From contig JAVECO010000036.1 in NCBI GenBank assembly GCA_051942205.1, forward strand, positions 124,001-147,650: 23,650 bases of DNA, in the 5' to 3' direction. The translations under genes were made by a program, and so were the position numbers. Shown here piece after piece: positions 20,637 through 23,650 of the stretch (positions are counted from its first letter, which is position 1; each line of letters starts with the position of its first letter). The notes under the pieces are model-generated. The model did no database searches and was not told where the DNA came from. It was given only the letters and a program-made list of their open reading frames with translations. Source of the DNA: Coniocarpon cinnabarinum (Eukaryota).

Positions 20637-22098
20637 TCATCTCTGATAGGCGTGTGGATGCTCAGGTATTGAAATGGCTTGGGGTGAGCCAGCTGACGAA
20701 GATTCGCCATCCTCATCATCATTTTGATCCTGGTCCGTGCGAACCTTGCCGCATCCTTTTACTAACATGTGCCTCTACCGATAGGTCAGTATGAAAGCTC
20801 AGCAATTAATAATGCAAGACAACACATACTTTGAGCGCGTCTTTACGCGAGAAGCTCTTGTCGCAATAGTTGCAAGGGTAGGGCTTCACAGCTAGGTGTA
20901 TCCGTTTATGTCGCTTCAAATCATGATTGCGATTGAATGACTGCATGCATTGGTCGCACTTGAACGGACGATCGCTGGTTGGACCATGTGCTGGGTGCAT
21001 GCCCTGAGCGCTATACATGGCCTGTAGGTTGGCGGCATGCCCACTTGGGAATGGTGCCATCACATTGGGGGACATAGGGTGCCCCATCAGGGCCATGTGG
21101 GCACTGTGAGGGGTGTGCATGTTTGTCATCACGGGCCCATTGACCTGCGCAGGGGTATTATTGGCGCCTGGAAGGGAAAATTGACCAAATGGTCGTTGAT
21201 ATTGGTTTGATGATTGTTGCGATGACAGAGATTGACCAAGATCTATGCTTGCTGGAGCGGAATGCATTTGAGGTGGATTATTCGAAGGCGGCCTGAATGG
21301 CGCTGAGGAGCCCGAAGCATGTGTGGATGAGGGCGAAAATGTATGAGGCTGGGGTGAGGAATGTGAGGTTGACTGTGAGGAGTATGTGGGTGTAGGCGGT
21401 AGGCGTGCGCCAGCAAAATGGTCTTGTGCTTGTAGCGGCGGCATCTGAGAGCCACTCATTGACTGATTCATCATGTGGGCATTCATGGGAACCTGTGGAG
21501 GCTGCATCGCCGGCAGATTCATTGGAGGAGCCATGGACATGGTTGAGTTGAAGGAGGGAAGTGTGTAAAGATCTGAAGATGTGCTTGGTTGTGGGCTTTT
21601 CATGGGCAAACCGAAATCACTGACTCTGGCCATCGAGTTAAGAGAAGACGGCGAGTACATGCCAGAAGGAGGGATCCACTGGCGGTGTGGGGAATGTGAT
21701 TGCTGCTGTGACGGCGAGGGAACTAGCTGTTGGCCGGCCTGTCCTGTGGACGGCCAGCCTCCATTCGGTGGGAAAGCCAGACTATTGCCCAGTTGTGGAT
21801 GAACTTGTTGGGGACCCTGAGCCAATGCAGCAAGAGTGGCCGCTGACGCAGGACTCAATCCATCTCCGGGAACGGTATTGGGAGGTGTCAAGAGATTGCC
21901 GGCACTCGCCACACTTCCAGAACCGGACAGGGGCTGTCCACCGGTGAAACTGTTCAACGACTGGTACTTGTTCTCGTGGAGGTTCGGGATGGTGGGTGGA
22001 GGAAGTTCGAAAGTGGGAAGCGCAGATGCAGCTGTTTTTCGAGCTGTGAAGCTCGTTGTGCCTGTTCCTGCTCCGAAGGAATGTGGCCCAGACTGCAT
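20637..22098 (-). CDS. flbC: FlbC-like C2H2 zinc-finger transcription factor (conidiation regulator), ~468 aa; exons 20830-22098, 20637-20774
   Basis: DRPFKCDQCMQSFNRNHDLKRHKRIHLAVKPYPCNYCDKSFSRKDALK|RHMLVKGC matches the FlbC double finger. Intron 20775-20829 (GTATGT..CTGAC..TAG, 55 nt) restores the second finger. Stop TGA at 20637-20639. N-terminal region is P/Q/S/M-rich with LPTFELPPP and GNLLTPP. Start codon uncertain. Confidence 0.9.
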
Positions 22099-23269
22099 CT
22101 GAGGATTTGCAATGGTTGCGGCAGCCAGCTTTGCGGTCGCTGAAACGCTCAGCGGAAAAGGGACGAAATGAGGTGGTGAATTGAACCCCTTTGACTTCTC
22201 TTGCCGATTCCAGGACTCTGGTTGCAGTAACGGCGGGCCGTCAGATCTTGCGGCAGTTCAAGAGCACGGATTGGCTAACCAGCGCCTCGCAAAAACGATC
22301 GGGAGGTCAACCAGGTGCTGGGAATGAGATCACCGGCAACGTCGTGAAGATGGGGAACCTCCAGTGGAATCTGGATAGGTAGGATCCTAGCTACTCAATG
22401 GTCGACTGCATCATCCAAAGGCGTGCGCTCCAAGTTGGTTGGTAGAAGACCGCTGAACCGTTTCCAGAGGCGTCTTAAAGGTCCAGGAAGACGACAAAGA
22501 ATTCTTATTGAAAAGGTTACGATCCGAGTAATTAGATGCACCACGAAGGGGATCAATTGGAGATGCTGGATTCCCAAATCGTGCCACGACCGTTATGATC
22601 CGCCGTGTCGCAACGCCCCAGATGAGCCCGCCGCAGTGGTCGCTGGAGAACGGAAGGTCGCTGGGGTTTCACAGAAGTCGTCGAGCTGTCCGGAAAGCGC
22701 TCGTCTGTCTCCGGTCAGGGTTCCGAGGCGTGGGGAACGCAGTTTCTACGAAATGACACAGAACCGCCTGAATGGATGCGAGCCTGAGGGCGCGGCTGTA
22801 TGCAGCTGTCACCAATGCCCAGCGAAGTTACGCGCGCGTGGGAGATCGGCAGATCGGCGAATGGGACGATCCGTTCTAGGCGCGGACCAAGTGGACCAGA
22901 AGCCAGGGGCAATGGATGTTGTGTCAAAGCGTGACCGTCGAGGCGGACAATGGACGTGGGAGCAAGGGAGGAGGAGCGCGCAAGACAGTTTCTTTTTCAA
23001 CAAAGACCGAGCTGAGAGTCAGGCTTTGTGTCGAGGCCCCGTCACGGGAGAGGGGAGGGTTGCAAGGCTGGACAGGCGCAGAGGCAGCGGCGGGTCTGGC
23101 TGTCAAGAGCGATGCAGAGTGGGAGCAGGGAGTGCAGGGATCCGGCACTGGGACTCGAAGAGAAAAGTCAGATTCGGGATGGGTGAGAAAGAGTCCCAAT
23201 CGAGCAAGGCGTGCAGCGTGTGCAATCCTGAAAAGCTCTAGCTGAGACGAGCATGCATACTTTATCTTG

Positions 23270-23650
23270 TGCACCGGGAGAGAGGCTGCAGGGCCGCGAG
23301 CAACGAGAGGAAGAGGGAGAGAGAGAGGCAGAGCTGAGAGGGCAGACGAGGGACAGGTACCTTTGGATGGATGGATGGGAGACTGGAAGCACATGCGCGC
23401 GAGGTGGGCTACAACGAATAACGATACGGGCCGGGATGGGATGAGGGGAGGAGAGGCAGGAACCGGAGCTAGACCAGGGGCGAAGCGAAATGATGATTTC
23501 GAAGGCGAAGTGGTAGTGGTGGAGCGAGCGAGCGAGCGAGAGCAGGAGTGGATACGACTGGATACATGGAGCATGGGCCATGAGGCAGACAAAGCGGAGG
23601 TGATGGGGGAGTGGGTAGTGGGTGGTGGGTGTGGGTGGAGGGAGAGGAGG
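23270..23650 (-). promoter_or_regulatory. Pyrimidine-rich (CT-rich on minus strand) tract with short (TCGC)n and (ATCC)n repeats; probable core promoter or 5' leader of the flbC-like gene
   Basis: Strong purine skew on the + strand (GAGAGG.., GAGCGAGCGAGCGAGCGAG 23522-23540, GGATGGATGGATGGGA ~23365-23380). CT-rich tracts are common near fungal transcription starts. Assignment to flbC is inference. Confidence 0.35.

Noticed and set aside
22423..23592. 272-aa (+) and 222-aa (-) ORFs as protein-coding genes
   Set aside because: GC-rich, compositionally skewed upstream region; translations are R/G/S/P-rich with no recognisable domain.

Overview
Filamentous ascomycete (Pezizomycotina-type) genomic DNA, inferred from short GT-AG introns with CTRAY-like branch points and fungal gene families. 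There are three intact minus-strand genes: the 5' part of an intracellular GH2 glycoside hydrolase (runs off the left edge), a 3-exon Gin4/Hsl1/Cdr2-type (Nim1 family) Ser/Thr kinase with a C-terminal KA1-like domain, and a 2-exon FlbC-type zinc-finger transcription factor. Between GH2 and the kinase lies ~13.6 kb with no intact gene I can recognise. It holds (i) a 278-bp hAT-like MITE made of two 139-bp head-to-tail units, with matched outer TIRs and a different, mutually matched inner TIR pair, (ii) a GDSL/CE16-like esterase pseudogene, (iii) a cryptic, highly diverged tandem array of about 11-14 units of ~370-570 bp (~7.3-13.2 kb) that looks like the wreck of a large repeat-domain protein gene of a family I cannot name, and (iv) a cluster of minisatellites and low-complexity tracts. 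All alignments were done by eye; no database searches were run.
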